The notes: generated from the sequence alone by a model not told the origin. 64,000 nt of DNA from Candidatus Latescibacterota bacterium (GCA_965197905.1 CBDAOB010000004.1:960001-1024000); one strand, 5' to 3'; counted from the stretch's first letter, positions 48,954 to 59,480 are shown. Program-made: numbers and translations.

Positions 48954-49856
48954 TCAGTCGTTGGGACGGCCCGTGGCGTCGATGCAAGTCAGCTCGTCGT
49001 CGGTGAAGGTGACGTCCAGGGCGCCCAGCTGCTCTTCGACCTGCTCCGGCGTCTTGGGACCCATCAGAGCGCAGGCGACAGCCGGCGACCGCAGGACCCA
49101 GGCGATGGCCAGTTGCACGAGGGTCAGACCCTTGTCACCGGCAATCTCTTTCAGTTGCTCGGCCGCGGCCAGATAGCGCGCAAAGCTTTCTCCCTGAAAG
49201 CGCGGGAAACCGGACCGTTCGTCACTCGCATCAAACAGGTGATCGGGTGTGTACTTGCCGCCGAGCAGCCCCTTGGCCAGGACGCTGTGCGCCAGGATAC
49301 CGATGCCATTCCGCTCGCAGAAGTCGATCTCTCCCGACTCGATCTCGCGGTCGAAGAGATTGTACTGCAGCTGGTTGGTCTGGATCGGCGCCGTGCCCAT
49401 AGCCTCCTGCATCTGCCCGACATCGAAGTTGGAGACCCCGATGAAGCGGGTCTTGCCCTCTTCCTGCAGGCGGAACATGGTTTCCATGGCGGCTGCCATC
49501 GGCTCATCTGTATGCCAGAAGTGTATCTGGTAGAGATCGACATGGTCGACTTTCAACGCTTGCAGGCTGTTCTCCATGGCGGCGGTGATGGCCTCGGGTT
49601 TGTAGTTGCCCGACACCTTGGTGGCGAGGAAACAGCGCTCCCGATAGCCGCCCTGGAGCGCCTTGCCCAGAATCCTTTCGCTGGAGCGGTAACCCTGGGC
49701 CGTGTCGATCAAGGCGATGCCCCGTTCGAGGGCGGTATGTACCGCGCGGATGGCAGTATCCTCGCCGACCTCGCCCATGCCACTGGCTATGGGCCACGCC
49801 CCGAAGCCCAGCGCCGATACCTTGGGGCCGTTCTTACACAGCTGCCGCTGCTGCAT
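48954..49856 (-). CDS. Aldo/keto reductase
   Basis: LGFGAW, IDTAQGY, FLATK, DLYQIH, IGVSNF and LAKGLLGG. Confidence 0.92.
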   Translation of the reverse strand: MQQRQLCKNGPKVSALGFGAWPIASGMGEVGEDTAIRAVHTALERGIALIDTAQGYRSSERILGKALQGGYRERCFLATKVSGNYKPEAITAAMENSLQALKVDHVDLYQIHFWHTDEPMAAAMETMFRLQEEGKTRFIGVSNFDVGQMQEAMGTAPIQTNQLQYNLFDREIESGEIDFCERNGIGILAHSVLAKGLLGGKYTPDHLFDASDERSGFPRFQGESFARYLAAAEQLKEIAGDKGLTLVQLAIAWVLRSPAVACALMGPKTPEQVEEQLGALDVTFTDDELTCIDATGRPND

Positions 49857-49868
49857 GTGGAGGCTGTC

Positions 49869-50252
49869 CTAATCGGCGAAGGTCCCGTCTTTACGCCGGT
49901 GCAGCCAGACCGTGTTGCCGTCCGGATCTGAGACACAGGCGAAGTGGCAGACGGGCGATTCGTTGAGCGGCGCAACCACCGGAACCCCCTTGGCCTCGAG
50001 CTCTTTGATCGCCGCTTCCAGGTCGTCCACGGCGAAGGCCACGGCAGCGCCGCCGGATTGGGCTTTGAGATTCGGGTCGAAAATGGTGGGATCATTGATC
50101 GCGAAGGTGGCGTTGCCGGCGTTGAACTCGGCCCACTTCACCTCCTCGAAGTAGCCGTGCATCTCCAGACCCAGGATGTCCCGGTAGAACTCGATCGATT
50201 TTTCGATATCGCTGGTCTGGTAGTAGACAAAGTCGGTTCCGCGGATTTTCAT
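49869..50252 (-). CDS. VOC/glyoxalase family protein
   Basis: FYRDILGL, VAFAVDDL and DPDGN. Confidence 0.9.
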   Translation of the reverse strand: MKIRGTDFVYYQTSDIEKSIEFYRDILGLEMHGYFEEVKWAEFNAGNATFAINDPTIFDPNLKAQSGGAAVAFAVDDLEAAIKELEAKGVPVVAPLNESPVCHFACVSDPDGNTVWLHRRKDGTFAD

Positions 50253-50376
50253 GGCTCTCCTCCGGTCGGTGGGATCAGGTTCATTTCATGAGGTGATAGA
50301 TGAGTATGGGCCTGAAACTTCACCCAGTAAACAGCCGCTATCTCAGAGCCGGGTCATCGATCATTGCCAGCTACTC

Positions 50377-50943
50377 CTACCAGGAAATCGCCACCATGAC
50401 CCCATCTCCATCGTAGGAGGGATTCCTAGGATGGCCGAACCCCTTTCCGTTGGAAAAATGGACATGGCGATAGGCGACGACGAGGTTGAGCCGCGCCGAG
50501 ATCTGCACATCGACCCCGAACCCGTGCCTCGGGCTGAAGTTCCAAACTGTTCCTCTCGGCGGAAACTGCTCCGTGGTGAAAAGCATTCCCAACCCTCCTT
50601 CAACAAAAGGTCCGATCCCACCTGACCTCATGGGAAGCCAACGCACGAAACCCCCAACTCCAAGACCTACGCCATCTGCCTCGAGGCCGACACTTTGGGG
50701 ACCTTCATCGGGGAGGAGTTCACCTTCGGTAAAACCTACACCCACAGCACCGCGCAGCCACAAGCCCCGGACCAGGTATCTTTCTGCCTCCGCCGACAGC
50801 GTCGCAACCCGAATGTCTCGGTTGTCTACATCCTCGGGAAAGAAGAACTCGGCGGAAATGGCGTGGCGTTTCGGAACCTGCTCGGCGGCTCTGGAGGGAG
50901 ACGTGAGTAGAAGGAGCCCCAGAGCGATCAGCGTCAGCTGCAT
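50377..50943 (-). CDS. Acyloxyacyl hydrolase / PagL-like outer-membrane beta-barrel protein
   Basis: Signal peptide, PFVEGGLG, WNF, YRHVHFSNG (His-x-Ser) and terminal Trp. Confidence 0.7.
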   Translation of the reverse strand: MQLTLIALGLLLLTSPSRAAEQVPKRHAISAEFFFPEDVDNRDIRVATLSAEAERYLVRGLWLRGAVGVGFTEGELLPDEGPQSVGLEADGVGLGVGGFVRWLPMRSGGIGPFVEGGLGMLFTTEQFPPRGTVWNFSPRHGFGVDVQISARLNLVVAYRHVHFSNGKGFGHPRNPSYDGDGVMVAISW

Positions 50944-50962
50944 CCGCTTGCTCCTCGGCTTG

Positions 50963-51457
50963 TCACAACCACCGTCGTACGCCGGCACAAAACTCTTCGT
51001 ATTCACTCCCAAAGGCCGCTGAGAGGTAGCGCTCCTCGCGGCGAATTACGAGGAAGTATAGCAACGCTATCACTACGGGGAAGAAGACCACGGGCCAAAT
51101 GGTGTTGACCAGAACGGAGACGCCGAGATAGAGTGCGGACAGGGCAAGATACATCGGGTTTCGGCATATGCGGTACGGACCCCAGGTGACAAGACGCGTT
51201 GCCGGACGGTTGGGGATGATGGCCGTACGTTGTCGCCTGAAGGTCGCGATCGCCCAACCGGAGAGACCGCCCCAGACTCCGATCAGAAGCCACCCAGCGA
51301 TGACGCCGAAAACCCTCCACTGAGCATCAACCAGGTGCAGCGGTAACCACCGGTGAAGCAGGATCCCTGCACCCAAGGGGAGGACAAAGAGCAGAGGCGG
51401 TGGAAAGCGTACTCCGGGGCCACGCGGCGAGCCATTTTCAGTCGGCAGCTCATTCAT
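50963..51457 (-). CDS. Isoprenylcysteine carboxyl methyltransferase/PEMT family protein
   Basis: LVTWGPYRICRNPMY and REERYL..FG.EY..F...VRRWL. Confidence 0.9.
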   Translation of the reverse strand: MNELPTENGSPRGPGVRFPPPLLFVLPLGAGILLHRWLPLHLVDAQWRVFGVIAGWLLIGVWGGLSGWAIATFRRQRTAIIPNRPATRLVTWGPYRICRNPMYLALSALYLGVSVLVNTIWPVVFFPVVIALLYFLVIRREERYLSAAFGSEYEEFCAGVRRWL

Positions 51458-51506
51458 GCACACCGCCTCTCACCAGGATGCAGCATCCACATCGCGCTCC
51501 AGCCTT

Positions 51507-51866
51507 CTACCTCCACTTCTCGAGAATGAAATCCCAGCCGAATCCGTAGGTGCGCTTCTCGTCGAGGAGCAGAGCCATCTCCGGAAACTTGATGATCCGC
51601 CAGCCGTCCGCCATCGCGTCCGCCACCGACTTGTACGGCCAGTCCTCTTCACCGGGAGGATCGTGAAACTCGCCATCCTGGAACAGGCTCATGCCGATCA
51701 CGTCACTGGTGAGCGACGCGCGCCGGACCTGCAGGTAGAGGATGCTCTGGCGTTTTGAGGCATCGTCGGCGAGCTCGTCGATCCGCCGCAGGTGTTCATC
51801 GGTCAGCGAACCCTCTTTCAACGCTTCGATACAGATCTCGACCTGCTGTTGAATCGGATTCGCCAT
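51507..51866 (-). CDS. Hypothetical protein coupled to the upstream PhyH gene
   Basis: Start overlaps the PhyH stop by one base (TGATG); contains WPYKSVADAMADGWRIIKFP. Confidence 0.7.
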   Translation of the reverse strand: MANPIQQQVEICIEALKEGSLTDEHLRRIDELADDASKRQSILYLQVRRASLTSDVIGMSLFQDGEFHDPPGEEDWPYKSVADAMADGWRIIKFPEMALLLDEKRTYGFGWDFILEKWR

Positions 51867-52714
51867 CAGCGCCGAACCTTCCTTCCGGGCAAGGCCACCA
51901 AGTCTTCGCAGTGCGAGCAGGTCTCACCCGATTCGAAATAATAGACCGGCAGGTTGTTGCTCCAGGCACGACAGTTCTCGTGTTCGCCGCATAGCCAGTA
52001 GAACATCTCCGCCGAGTCATCCATGGCGCGATGGGCGTCCCGCTGGTCGATGTTGAAATCGGTGCGGTGGTAGGCGTGGGCGAGCTCGAGTCCAGGCTCT
52101 TCGATCCAGTCCCGTTGTGGTGCGACCGTGCGTGTGTACCAGTACTTGAGCAGATTGCGTCGTCCTCTCTCCGTCGACTTGCCGCGTCGATGCCAGACCG
52201 GGTATGCCGTAACGAAAATCGACCCCGCCGGCGCCGCGGTAGAGACGACCCCCTTGAAGTTGCGGTAATGTTCCATGGCCGAGAATCCGGCATAGAGAAA
52301 GTGCGAGCCCGGAAGGATTTCCGTGGGGCCCAACTCTTTGGGCGTGTCCTGCGGATAGTAGAACACCTGGAGCGAGTCGAGCTCGGGACCGTAGTGTGAG
52401 GAGCCGTCTCGGTGCCACCCTTGTGCTTCGGAGGGTTCCTCACCCAGATGATTGAAGATGAACGGCATCGTCAGCTTGAAATTGCTTCCCAGGAGCGAGC
52501 GCACGGCGCCGGCCACGGGAGGATTGAGTAGCACGTTGTCGACGAACCAGTCCTCTTCGAGGAGCTTTTCCGTCACGTCGTCGTGGAGCAAAAACTCGCA
52601 GGTGGGTTTGTTGATCTCGTCCGGCACTACCGCCTCGAAGACGAGATAGCCCTGGCGGCAGAAGTTCATGACCTCGGTATCGGTGAGCGTCGCTTCGCAA
52701 TCGTGTGTTCTCAT
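51866..52714 (-). CDS. PhyH-family dioxygenase
   Basis: QGYLVF, GWHRD, GPTEILPGSH and VWHRR...RNLLK. Confidence 0.88.
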   Translation of the reverse strand: MRTHDCEATLTDTEVMNFCRQGYLVFEAVVPDEINKPTCEFLLHDDVTEKLLEEDWFVDNVLLNPPVAGAVRSLLGSNFKLTMPFIFNHLGEEPSEAQGWHRDGSSHYGPELDSLQVFYYPQDTPKELGPTEILPGSHFLYAGFSAMEHYRNFKGVVSTAAPAGSIFVTAYPVWHRRGKSTERGRRNLLKYWYTRTVAPQRDWIEEPGLELAHAYHRTDFNIDQRDAHRAMDDSAEMFYWLCGEHENCRAWSNNLPVYYFESGETCSHCEDLVALPGRKVRR

Positions 52715-52764
52715 CTTCTCTTGCCCTATCTAAAGGGAGTGGGTCAGCTCGGCCATCGTCGAAA

Positions 52765-54291
52765 TCAGCTTTCCGCGCAGTGTTTCTCCCAGGCGTTATA
52801 CATCCGGATCATTTCCCGCACCCGGTCGGGGTACTGGTCGGCCACGTTGTGCTCCTCGGTGCGGTCGGCTTCCATGTCGTACAACTCCCAATGGGCGTCC
52901 ACATCGATCGGCGGTCTCGGTGTTTCCGCATCCCGGCGCCACGGTTTGTAGGCCACCGTATAGTCGGGAGAAACCAGTTTCCACTTGCGGGCGCGTACGG
53001 CGCGCCAGTCACCATCCTGGTTCCAGCAGATCGCCTCGTGACCGTCGCGCTGCTCGCCGCGGAAGATCGGCAACAAGCTTTTGCCTTCCAGCGGGATGGT
53101 CGGACGACCTCCGTTGCTGGAGGGGTATCCGGCTCCGGCGACGTCGGCGCAGGTCGCCATCACGTCGATCAGGTGTCCCGTCTGGAAGGTGATCTCGCCA
53201 CCCTGAATTACCCGCGGCCAATAGGCAATCAGCGGCGTGGAGATGCCCCCTTCGTGGTTCCAGCGTTTGAACTTGCGGAACGGCGTGTTGCTGAGATTCG
53301 CCCACGGCAGGTCCACCGTGTGGTAGGAGTCCACCGGCCCCGGGGGGATGTCGGGCGTGCTCGTGCGCTCCTCATCGCTGGCGCCGTTGTCCGACAGAAA
53401 GAGCACCAGGGTGTTCTCCTCTTCACCGAGCTCACGGATTTTCGCGAGCAGCCGGCCGATGTTCTGATCCAGACGGTCGATCATGGCGGCATAGACCGCC
53501 ATCTTCAGGTCCCAGGCGTCTCTGTCTTCGATCTCCGCCCACGGCAACGAGTTCGGATCCCTCGCTGACAGGCCCCAACGTTGGTCGATCAACCCCAGGT
53601 CGAGCATGCGCGCCATGCGCTGCTCGCGGAGGATGTCCCAACCAACCTTGTACTTCCCGCGGTATTTGGCGATGTCATCCGGCCAGGCCTGGATCGGGAA
53701 GTGCGGCGCCGTGAACGGCATGTAAAGGAAGAACGGATCCTCTCGGCCGCTCTGCTCGTCCAGATAGTCCAGGGCGTAGTCGGTGAAGGCGTCGGTGGCG
53801 TAGAACCCTTTGTCGGGGGTGTAGGGTTTAATGACCTGGTTGTCGATGGCGAACGGTTGGAAGTCGTGTCGCGGAGTTTTCTTCGAAGGGACGGGTTCGC
53901 CGGGGCGTTGCTCACCTGGATTGAAGTAGTTGCAGCCCACGAGCACCCCGTAGTAGCGGTCGAAGCCGTTGTCCACCGGCAATCCCGCACGATACGGTTG
54001 CAGATGCCATTTGCCGCTCATGAAGGTGCGGTAGCCAACCGTCTTGAGCAGTTCGGAGATGGTGACGTTGCCCTTTGGTCCTTCCAGATCGACCTGTTGC
54101 GGGTAGAGACCGGTGAGCAGGGATGCCCTGGTCGGGCTGCAGAGGGCGTTGTTGTAGAACTGGGTGAAACGCAGGCCATTTGCGGCGAGCCCATCCAGGT
54201 TGGGGGTGGCGATCTCACCGCCGTAGCAGCCGAGATCGGAGTAGCCCATGTCGTCTGCTACTATGAGGACGATGTTTGGTTTCGAGGTCAT
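52765..54291 (-). CDS. Arylsulfatase (Cys-type), paralog of 33304-34851
   Basis: PNIVLIVADDMGYSD, CSPTRASLLTG, GKWH and FTAPHFP. Confidence 0.95.
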   Translation of the reverse strand: MTSKPNIVLIVADDMGYSDLGCYGGEIATPNLDGLAANGLRFTQFYNNALCSPTRASLLTGLYPQQVDLEGPKGNVTISELLKTVGYRTFMSGKWHLQPYRAGLPVDNGFDRYYGVLVGCNYFNPGEQRPGEPVPSKKTPRHDFQPFAIDNQVIKPYTPDKGFYATDAFTDYALDYLDEQSGREDPFFLYMPFTAPHFPIQAWPDDIAKYRGKYKVGWDILREQRMARMLDLGLIDQRWGLSARDPNSLPWAEIEDRDAWDLKMAVYAAMIDRLDQNIGRLLAKIRELGEEENTLVLFLSDNGASDEERTSTPDIPPGPVDSYHTVDLPWANLSNTPFRKFKRWNHEGGISTPLIAYWPRVIQGGEITFQTGHLIDVMATCADVAGAGYPSSNGGRPTIPLEGKSLLPIFRGEQRDGHEAICWNQDGDWRAVRARKWKLVSPDYTVAYKPWRRDAETPRPPIDVDAHWELYDMEADRTEEHNVADQYPDRVREMIRMYNAWEKHCAES

Positions 54292-54301
54292 TCTGCTTTC
54301 G

Positions 54302-55198
54302 TTACCGCTTCGATTCCTGCGCTTCGATCTGCTTGATGATTCCCGCGTAGTCCAGCTCGGCGTTGCCAGCCTCGACGAAATCGCCATAGAGCTCGGCCGC
54401 TCTCGCCCCCATAGGCGTACAGGCTCCGAAATGTTCGGCCGCATTTTGACTGAGCAGCAAATCCTTGAGCATCAGCGAGCTGCTGAAGCCGGGGCGGTAG
54501 TCGTTATTGGCAGCGGAAGTCGGGGACATGTCGGGCACCGGATGGTTGGTGTTGAGCACCCAGCAGTTGCCGGAGGAGTTGGCGACGATCTCGTTAAAGG
54601 TGTTGGCGTCGAGCCCCAGCTTGTCGGCAAGTCGAAACGCCTCGGCCACGGCGATCGTCGAGATTCCGAGGATCATGTTGTTGCAGATTTTGGCCGCCTG
54701 ACCGGCTCCGGCCGCTCCCACGTGCACGATGGAACGGCCCATCGCTTCGAGGATCGGGGTTGCCCTGGTCACATCAGCCGTCTCACCGCCCACCATGAAG
54801 GTGAGTGTCGCCGCTTCGGCTCCCGGTACGCCGCCGGAAACCGGGGCGTCAACCATCGTCATGCCGGCTGTCGCCGCTTCAGTGGACAGGGTTCGCGCAG
54901 TATTGACGTCGATGGTCGAGGACTCGATGAAGAGGGTGTCTTTTTCGGCCTGCGCCAGCAGGCCCGCATCGCCGGATAACACCTCGTTGACGACGTCGCC
55001 GGTGCGCAACATAGTGATGACGGTCTCAACGTGAAGAGCAACGCTGTCTTGCGTGGCGGGTTGGGCGCCGGCTGCAACAAGGGCGTCGACAGCCGCCTGG
55101 GTTTTATCGTGCACCTTCAGGCGGTGTCCGGCCTTCAGCAGATTGCGGGCCATGGGGCCGCCCATGGCGCCAAGCCCCACCATGCCGATGGTTGCCAT
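54302..55198 (-). CDS. mmsB: 3-hydroxyisobutyrate dehydrogenase
   Basis: GLGAMG, DAPVSGG, GAGQAAKICNN, SSGNCW..PVP...AANNDY.PGF and LMLKDL. Confidence 0.85.
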   Translation of the reverse strand: MATIGMVGLGAMGGPMARNLLKAGHRLKVHDKTQAAVDALVAAGAQPATQDSVALHVETVITMLRTGDVVNEVLSGDAGLLAQAEKDTLFIESSTIDVNTARTLSTEAATAGMTMVDAPVSGGVPGAEAATLTFMVGGETADVTRATPILEAMGRSIVHVGAAGAGQAAKICNNMILGISTIAVAEAFRLADKLGLDANTFNEIVANSSGNCWVLNTNHPVPDMSPTSAANNDYRPGFSSSLMLKDLLLSQNAAEHFGACTPMGARAAELYGDFVEAGNAELDYAGIIKQIEAQESKR

Positions 55199-55230
55199 CT
55201 TCGACTCCTTCCCTTCGCGGTTCGACCGGT

Positions 55231-56112
55231 TCATGAAACTGAGGTGGGACCCTCAGCGAACCGATCATCCTGGGCGAGCATGTTGGAAAACCCCGCCATC
55301 TCGAAACATTCCATCAGGCCGACCATGTCCCCTGTCAGTTCGGCGGTCGTACCCTTTTCTTGCAACTGCCGCATCAGATCGCCAACGGTTTTCGCGACCG
55401 TCAGCAGCGCGCTGACCGGAAATATCACCAACTTGAAACCGAGCCGCTCCAGCTCGGACGCCGGAATTAAGGGAGACTTGCCCATCTCCACGAAGTTGTA
55501 GAGAAGAGGCAGGTCGAAGGCGCGGGTTACTCGCTCCGCTTCCTCTGCCGAGCGCAGCGCTTCCACAAAGAGGACATCCGCGCCTGCCTTTATATAGGCT
55601 TCGCAACGGCGCATGGTGTCGTCCCAGCCGGTTACCGCCAGCGCGTCTGTCCGCACGATGAGGGTGAAGTCATCATCGGTGCGGGCTTCGGTGGCAGCGT
55701 GGATCTTCTGCACCATCTCTTCCTGCGAAACCACCCGTTTGTCATCGAGGTGGCCGCAGCGCTTGGGGGCCTCCTGATCTTCGATGTGGACCGCCGCCAC
55801 TCCGGCGTGCTGGTACTCGCGGATAGTACGCTGCACATTGAGGATGCTACCGTAACCGGTGTCGGCATCGGCGATTACCGGAACATCAACCGCGCCCACC
55901 AGGGCGGTTGCACTGGCGACCATCTCGCTCATGGTGGCCAAACCCAGGTCGGGGTAACCCAGGCGCGCAACCGAAGTGCCGGCGCCGGTCATGTAGACCG
56001 CCGGGAACCTGGCTTGCTCGATGATCTTTGCGGTGAGGCAATCGTACGCGCCCGGTGCCACAATGATGCCCGGCTCGCTCAACATCTGGCGGAATCTGGT
56101 GGTCGCTTTCAT
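55231..56112 (-). CDS. Isocitrate lyase/PEP mutase family protein (methylisocitrate lyase-like)
   Basis: PGAYD, DADTGYG, HIEDQ..PKRCGH and VRTDA. Confidence 0.9.
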   Translation of the reverse strand: MKATTRFRQMLSEPGIIVAPGAYDCLTAKIIEQARFPAVYMTGAGTSVARLGYPDLGLATMSEMVASATALVGAVDVPVIADADTGYGSILNVQRTIREYQHAGVAAVHIEDQEAPKRCGHLDDKRVVSQEEMVQKIHAATEARTDDDFTLIVRTDALAVTGWDDTMRRCEAYIKAGADVLFVEALRSAEEAERVTRAFDLPLLYNFVEMGKSPLIPASELERLGFKLVIFPVSALLTVAKTVGDLMRQLQEKGTTAELTGDMVGLMECFEMAGFSNMLAQDDRFAEGPTSVS

Positions 56113-56251
56113 AGTGGATTTGGGACCAATATAGAATGATGCCGAAAGGGCTCCAACCGCACATGGCGGAAGTTTACCGACCTCTTCTCCGGGCGTATCT
56201 TCGTCCGGTTCCGTAATTCCGGCAACATGAAGACCTTCCGAAAGGGCATGG

Positions 56252-56689
56252 GTGATGGAAAGCGAAACGCAAACCAAAGCCAACGTAAAAGAGGCGGTGC
56301 CGTTTTTCGCAGTTGCGAACATGGAAGAATCGCTGCGGTTTTATGTCGACGGTCTCGGCTTCGAAATGACGGGCAAATGGGTGGACGACGGCAAGATCCG
56401 GTGGTGCAAGATAGAGCATGGAGGAGCGGGTCTGATGCTGCAGGAGTTCCGCACGGAAGGGCACGATTCGTGGGTCCCTGAAGGCAAGGTGGGTGAGGGC
56501 GTCTCGATCTACTTCATGTGCGAAGATGCCCTGGAGATCTACCGCGACATCAAATCCCGCGGCATCGAAACCTCGAAACCGATTGTCAGCAATGGGTGTT
56601 GGCACACGTGTCTCTCCGATCCCGACGGATATCGCATCCATTTCGAGACCAACACCGATGAACCTGAGGATTCGGAATACACGGACTAG
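56252..56689 (+). CDS. VOC/glyoxalase (bleomycin-resistance-like) protein
   Basis: FYVDGLGF and DPDGYRI. Confidence 0.85.
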   Translation: MMESETQTKANVKEAVPFFAVANMEESLRFYVDGLGFEMTGKWVDDGKIRWCKIEHGGAGLMLQEFRTEGHDSWVPEGKVGEGVSIYFMCEDALEIYRDIKSRGIETSKPIVSNGCWHTCLSDPDGYRIHFETNTDEPEDSEYTD

Positions 56690-56731
56690 GAAGCGCCGGC
56701 ACCTCTACTACCCATCGAAGGCATGACCGCG

Positions 56732-57604
56732 TTAGTCCCATCGCTTGGGATCGATGGCCGGCGCATCCGTTTTCATGCCCATGGGTTTGTGGGACTGTTC
56801 CCATTGGAGGCCGGTCGTATTCGGACTCTGCAGAAAACGCTTGGCTTCCGGCGCGACGGCGGCCACTAGGTCCGGGTCCCACTCCTCCATCGGATTGATC
56901 GGGCCGGCCCACGCCGGACGGTATCCGAACTGCACGAGGGTACGCTGCGAGGTTGCCCGGTTCGGATGGCTGCCGTGGAACAGGTTGATCGGAACGATCA
57001 CTGCCGTCCCGGCCCTTGCACAAACGGTGATCTCACCTGGATGCCACTTGTAGCGCACGTACGGATTGGCCTCGGCGTGAAACGAGAGATGCGATCGAGG
57101 CACCAGACGAAAGGGAGCTCGTTCAGGCGTGAGGTCATCGAGATAATAGAGGACGCGAAGCAGGCGAGGCGAGCTACCCTCGTAACCAAAGATGGAAGAG
57201 CCGAACGGCTGGCCGTCCGTATGCAGTGAGATCGGTGGCGAGCCGGACAAGGTGCGGGTGAAAAGCCCTTTGGTGAACACGATGTCCGTCCCCAAAAGAG
57301 CTTCCAGAAACTCGATTACGGGAGGGTGTGCGATCAGCTTCGCCACGCTCGGACTGTGCCACTGGGGTTCCTGAAAGAAGGTCTGTGCGTCGCTGTAATC
57401 CTTGGTCTTCATCGGTGCATCGGCCATCTCCGCTTTGATCTGCTCCATCAACTCCGCATCGAGCACGTCCGGCAATACCGCGAACCCCTCGACTTCGAGA
57501 TGGCGGACTAGCTGTCTCGTGGTGAATTTGCTGAAATCGGTTTCGTCGACATTCATGAAATCGATCTCGTGCTCCGGATCGATGTTTACGTTGGTTGCTT
57601 CCAT
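56732..57604 (-). CDS. PhyH-family dioxygenase, paralog of 59481-60359
   Basis: EVEGFAVLPD, SLHTD, LYYLDD, PRSHLS and LFHGS.PN..RT. Confidence 0.88.
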   Translation of the reverse strand: MEATNVNIDPEHEIDFMNVDETDFSKFTTRQLVRHLEVEGFAVLPDVLDAELMEQIKAEMADAPMKTKDYSDAQTFFQEPQWHSPSVAKLIAHPPVIEFLEALLGTDIVFTKGLFTRTLSGSPPISLHTDGQPFGSSIFGYEGSSPRLLRVLYYLDDLTPERAPFRLVPRSHLSFHAEANPYVRYKWHPGEITVCARAGTAVIVPINLFHGSHPNRATSQRTLVQFGYRPAWAGPINPMEEWDPDLVAAVAPEAKRFLQSPNTTGLQWEQSHKPMGMKTDAPAIDPKRWD

Positions 57605-57667
57605 GACCTTCTCCATGTATTGTAGGCGCACCTGAGCAATGCCGTGGTGCTGTCAAAGGGTACAACC

Positions 57668-59304
57668 ATGTCGTCACCCCATCAAATAACCTACCCCGCC
57701 TTCCGCCAGAACGTTATGGGATTGAATGGCGCCGTGACCTCCGGCCATCCGCTCGCTTCGCAGGCCGGCATCCGCATTCTGCAAGCCGGCGGCAATGCGG
57801 TAGACGCCGCCATCGCCACGGCGGCGGCGTTGGGCGTGGTTGAGCTGCCCAGCTCCGGTGTCGGCGGCGATGGCTTTATCATGCTCTACGACCGGCAATC
57901 CAGAAAGGTCCACGGAATCAACGGGACCGGACCGGCGCCGGCAGCGGCTACCCGCGACATCTATGTCGAACGCGGCGGCATTCCTATGAAGGGCGCCCTG
58001 AGCGTCTCGGTGCCAGGGCTGGTCGATGGTTGGACGATGGCGCACCGGCCCTTTGGCAAGCTCGGCTTGCTCGAGGTGTTGACGCCGGCGATCGAACTCT
58101 GCGAGCAGGGGTTCCCTATCAGTCACAAACTCTCCGCCACGCTGCATGCCGAACACCAGCAGTTCTCCAGCGATCCGTACACCAGCGCCATCTTTGAGCC
58201 CGATGGCAGACCGCTCGATCCAGGTGAGCTGCTTTTTCAACGCGACCTTGGGCAAACCCTCAGAACCATCGCCGCTGGCGGCCGTGATGTTTTCTACCAG
58301 GGTGAGATCGCTCGCGAAGTCGTTCGTTTCATGGAAGGGTACGACGGCCTGCTCACCTACGACGACCTGGCCGGCTTCAACGCGCGGTGGGATGAGCCGA
58401 TCTACGTCGACTATTGCGGTCATCGGGTCTACGAGATGCCACCCAACTCCAGCGGTCACATCCTGCTGCAGGAGCTGAATCTCATCGAGCAGTTCGACAT
58501 CCTCTCCATGGGCTGCCTGACCGCGGAGAGCGTGCACATCATGGTGGAGGCGAAGAAGCTCGCTTTCGCCGACCGCGAAGCCCACATGGCCGACCCGGAT
58601 TTCCGCGATGTGCCCATCGAGCGCTTGCTGTCTAAGGAGTACGCCGCCGAACGCGCCGCCTTGATCGATCCGACTCGTGCCAGCACCGAGGTGACCACCG
58701 GCATACCCGAGGCAAAAGAGGACACCACCTGCTTTACCGTCGCCGACGGCGAGGGAAACGTGGTCTGTGTGCTGCAGAGCATTCAATCCAGCCTGGGGTC
58801 AAGCATGATCGCCGGCAATACCGGCATCTTGTTGAACAACCGCATGACCTACTGGCACCTGGATGAAGGACATCCAATTGTCTCGTTCCGGGAAGGCGGG
58901 TGCGTCATACCATGAACCCGGTCATCGCCATGAAGTTGGGCAAGCCGGTCATCATCTGTGGCACGCCCGGTGCCGACACGCAGGTGCAAACCAACCTGCA
59001 GCTGTTGACCCACGCGATCCACTTCGGCATGACGCCACAAGAGGCCGTGGAAGCGCCGCGCTGGCGCAACCAGCAAAACCCGATGGAGTCAACGGTGCCC
59101 CACACATGCGAGGATCTGCTGCAGCTGGAGGCACGCTTCGGCAACGAGGTGCGCAAAGGTCTGGAGAAACGAGGACACGCGCTGCAGATCCTGGCTGACT
59201 GGGGCGGCCCCGGCAACGCACAGTTCATCCGCCGCGAACCGGAGAGCGGCGCTCTGCTCGCCGGCGTCGATCCGCGGCAGGATGGTTACGCGATCGCGTA
59301 CTAG
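57668..59304 (+). pseudogene. ggt: Gamma-glutamyltransferase family protein, frameshifted
   Basis: GGNAVDAAIA, SVPG, PPNSSG, KLAFADR, catalytic DTT and LLNNR. One missing base near 58874 joins HP to NCLVPGRRVRHTMNP...GTPG...DPRQDG. Confidence 0.85.
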
Positions 59305-59480
59305 TGGAGCAGGTGTAGGAGGTAAGCGTGATTCGCGTTGAGATCCTTCCCAGCGGGACGGGTCCGGAGGATATCCTTTTTTATGCTGCCTATTTTGGAA
59401 ACCGGCAAGATGTAGCTTATTAGGTATGACAAATACGGCCGGCGCTTGACGCAGCCGCATAACAGGACAAATTCTGAGCT

